Source: an uncultured Bacteroidales bacterium (GTDB taxonomy: Bacteria; Bacteroidota; Bacteroidia; Bacteroidales; UBA932). Taken from it: DNA of 64,000 nucleotides. This document shows positions 61,550-64,000 of the stretch, piece after piece (the stretch's first letter is position 1; each line of letters starts with the position of its first letter). The DNA lies in assembly GCA_947170165.1 (NCBI GenBank), contig CAMVSK010000012.1, forward strand, positions 2,332-66,331, written 5' to 3'. Position numbers and translations under genes: made by a program. The notes under the pieces are model-generated. The model was not told where the DNA came from and did no database searches. It saw nothing but the letters and a program-made list of their open reading frames with translations.

Positions 61550-64000
61550 CTACTTTAGACGCTCAGCAAGGAGTATGATGGAAATGACGGACGTGAGTGC
61601 GGAGAGGGTGCTGCGGAACTCGGCTCCCCAGTCGATCTTCTCCTTGGGTTTCTCAAGCCTTTCCTGCTTGTCGGTATCCATCTTCATGGTAATCACCCCG
61701 CCGGGCTCGACGGTAGGATAACTCTTGATGCCGAGGAAGCTTGTGGTCCCGAGCATCTGGCCGTTGGGCATAGTAACGGTAACGCTCCTGCGGTCGGCAG
61801 TCTTCTGGAAGCCGCCGGCAAAATTGTTGATATACCATTTTGCGCTGTGACCACCCTGATACACAATTAATTTCTCCGTTGATGCGTAATCTGCAGGCAC
61901 ATACATTGCCATGCGGGTGCCGGTTTCGCGTATGGTGACGGTATTCTCCTGACGGACGATGTTGATGACGTCCCCGTCCATAAGGATGGGGTCGTGCTTG
62001 AGGCTGCCGTGGTTGCTCTTGACCTTGCGCAGATCCAGACCGATGTTCCCGCGGTTGTTGTAGGTGCGGAACAGGCGGGCGTAAGGGTCGGCATCATCGG
62101 TAAGGCCGCCGGCCATCTGGATTACATCCCAGAGCTGCATCTTGTTGTCGGTGAGAACATAGGCGCCGGGGTACTTCACGCGGCCGTTGATTTCCACGGT
62201 GCGGCCCATAGTAAAGTTAGGCGTCATACGCACCACGAGATGATCGTAAGGCTGGAGCTGGAACTCGCCACCAACCGGGTTGTAGTTCTCATCCACGGTA
62301 AGAGGAATGAGATCGAGTTTAACCTCGTCCTTGTCCGATATGTTAACGCGGAACACTTCAACTTTATCGTATGCTGCACCGACTGCAAATCCACCGGCCA
62401 TAGTAAGCAGGTCGTGAACCGTCACGCCGGGCTCGAAAGTGATTCCGACGGGATTTTTGACCGCACCGCTCACGCGAAGCTCGCCAACATTAGTATAGGT
62501 GGTGTTGTCGTAGATGTTGAGTTCGTCACCAGGCTGCAAAAGAGTATCGCCATCCTTCTGGAGGTCGATGCGGATATACTGCATCTTCAGGGGGTTGGTG
62601 AGGTCTTTGCGGAAGATGTATGCTACGGGGAAGACGCTCTGCTTCAGGCCGTTAGCGTATTCGATAGCCTGTGCAACCGTCATACGGTCGTTGAGGCCGA
62701 AGGTGCGGGTGAAAGGTACGCGCACTTGCCCTCTGACCGAAATGGTATCGACATCACGGAAGGAGGAAAGGCTAAGCACGCTCACTATGTCGCGGGCCTC
62801 CAGAGTGAAGTCTCCAGCGCCTTGATAGCCGGGGAAGGGGACCGTGAGAATCTCAACTGTCTCGTCCGGCCGGCGGCGCTCCACAAGCACATACTCGGTG
62901 CGGGCTGTGTATGTGGGTTTTGCGTTATCCAGCAATGCCTTGAGGCTGCTGTTCTTTGCGAGATCGTAGTTGCCGTCGTAGTAGACATCGCCGTTGATCG
63001 TCACAAACTGATCCAGAGGTTCAGCACCGGGGCGGAGACGTACGACGTCGCCGGGCTCCAGAGCAACCTTCTTCCCGCCGAGAACTTCCTTAAGGTTGAA
63101 CTGCAAATACTTCTTGGTTCCCTCCTGGTAGCGCTCGATCTGCAGGTAGTCGGGATATGCGTCGTTGGTGATGCCGCCGGCATAGTCGATAAGGTCGGTA
63201 AGAGTCTCACCGTCAATGAGTTCATAGGACATCGGGCGTTTGACGGATCCTTCGATTGTAACCACCTTCTGCGCGATGGGCACGAAGATTACATCTCCGT
63301 TCTGGATGTCGTAGGGGGTGCCGATGGTGGGGTTCTTCATGAACTGGTAGATATCCAGGTTCGTCACCTTGCCGCCGCGGGAAAGCTGGATGTTACGGAC
63401 GGATCCCATTGCGGTAGGGCCGCCGGCAGCTGCCAGGGCGTTGAATGCGGTGTTGAGCGCGCTAAGGGTGAATCCTCCCTGAACTCCGACCTCGCCGTAG
63501 ATGCTGACGCTGACGGTGCGGGCGGTGGTGATTGTGACCGCGATCTGGTCGGGCCTGAAGGAGAAATGCTGGCTCAGCTTGCTCTGGATGGCCTTGCGGC
63601 CCTGGGCGAGAGTCATCCCCTTTAAGAATATCTTTGTAGAGCCGGCAGGCTGGATGGAGCCGTCGGCGCTGATGCGCTGATGGATTTCGGTCTGGGACGA
63701 TCCGAAAATGCTGATATGGACCTCGTCACCCTCGCCGAGCACGTAGGAGTCGGGCGCCTGGGCACCGTCGGTGGTGCGGAACACATCCAGACTCTGGCCC
63801 GTGAAGAGGGAGTGGCCGTAGATGCTGCTGCCTGCGGTGGGGGAGACATTGTTGTCTGCCAGGGCGCTCTGTAGGGCGGCTTCCGCAGTTGCCTCGCCTG
63901 CAGTGGTCTGGGGTACAACAACCCCAGCCTCGGCTGCTCCGGCAGGGTTTTCTTCCGTGGTGGCGGCAGGTTCGCCCGTGCCTGTGTTGACGATGACAGT
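61550..64000 (-). CDS. SLBB-repeat polysaccharide export protein (Wza/KpsD-like); 5' part beyond window
   Basis: APDSYVLGEGDEVHISIFG; repeated SLBB units (VTIEGSVKRP, VSGAVKNP, INGRVKYPG; LIDYAGG, LLTMAGG). The frame stays open from 63784 to 64000. Confidence 0.88.
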   Translation of the reverse strand, partial: TVIVNTGTGEPAATTEENPAGAAEAGVVVPQTTAGEATAEAALQSALADNNVSPTAGSSIYGHSLFTGQSLDVFRTTDGAQAPDSYVLGEGDEVHISIFGSSQTEIHQRISADGSIQPAGSTKIFLKGMTLAQGRKAIQSKLSQHFSFRPDQIAVTITTARTVSVSIYGEVGVQGGFTLSALNTAFNALAAAGGPTAMGSVRNIQLSRGGKVTNLDIYQFMKNPTIGTPYDIQNGDVIFVPIAQKVVTIEGSVKRPMSYELIDGETLTDLIDYAGGITNDAYPDYLQIERYQEGTKKYLQFNLKEVLGGKKVALEPGDVVRLRPGAEPLDQFVTINGDVYYDGNYDLAKNSSLKALLDNAKPTYTARTEYVLVERRRPDETVEILTVPFPGYQGAGDFTLEARDIVSVLSLSSFRDVDTISVRGQVRVPFTRTFGLNDRMTVAQAIEYANGLKQSVFPVAYIFRKDLTNPLKMQYIRIDLQKDGDTLLQPGDELNIYDNTTYTNVGELRVSGAVKNPVGITFEPGVTVHDLLTMAGGFAVGAAYDKVEVFRVNISDKDEVKLDLIPLTVDENYNPVGGEFQLQPYDHLVVRMTPNFTMGRTVEINGRVKYPGAYVLTDNKMQLWDVIQMAGGLTDDADPYARLFRTYNNRGNIGLDLRKVKSNHGSLKHDPILMDGDVINIVRQENTVTIRETGTRMAMYVPADYASTEKLIVYQGGHSAKWYINNFAGGFQKTADRRSVTVTMPNGQMLGTTSFLGIKSYPTVEPGGVITMKMDTDKQERLEKPKEKIDWGAEFRSTLSALTSVISIILLAERLK

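Noticed and set aside
1-64000. tRNA, rRNA, prophage or defence genes
   Set aside because: No cloverleaf or rRNA-like segments or phage/defence motifs recognised; intergenic gaps are short and otherwise explained.

Overview
This is a Bacteroidales-type chromosomal window, judged from SusC/SusD pairs, TAnnTTTG promoter boxes, lipoboxes and a T9SS sorting domain. Positions 1-2551 hold a partial HAD hydrolase and a divergent acyl-CoA ligase. Positions ~2.6-58 kb are almost all glycan-foraging genes: ADP-ribosylglycohydrolase-fold protein, GH106-like, GH78, two full and one short GH28, a DUF6057/beta-propeller pair, GH31, GH3, SusC/D, two GH92, a surface metallophosphoesterase, GH29, a glutaminase-like six-hairpin protein, an O-acetylesterase, an S8 protease, a second SusC/D with four lipoproteins, SOD and GH127/146. 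No regulator gene is visible. The right end holds the most notable element: an HUH/Y1 (RAYT-like) nuclease gene flanked by two ~90-bp double-hairpin repeats with conserved stems and variable loops. It is followed by a 185-nt tract almost devoid of C, a stand-alone upxY, and convergent capsule genes (wzz, SLBB exporter). Other notable items are a perfect 21-bp inverted repeat in the acyl-CoA ligase leader, an in-frame hairpin inside GH3 and a CxxCH motif in the beta-propeller. Family calls come from motifs recognised by eye; no searches were run.
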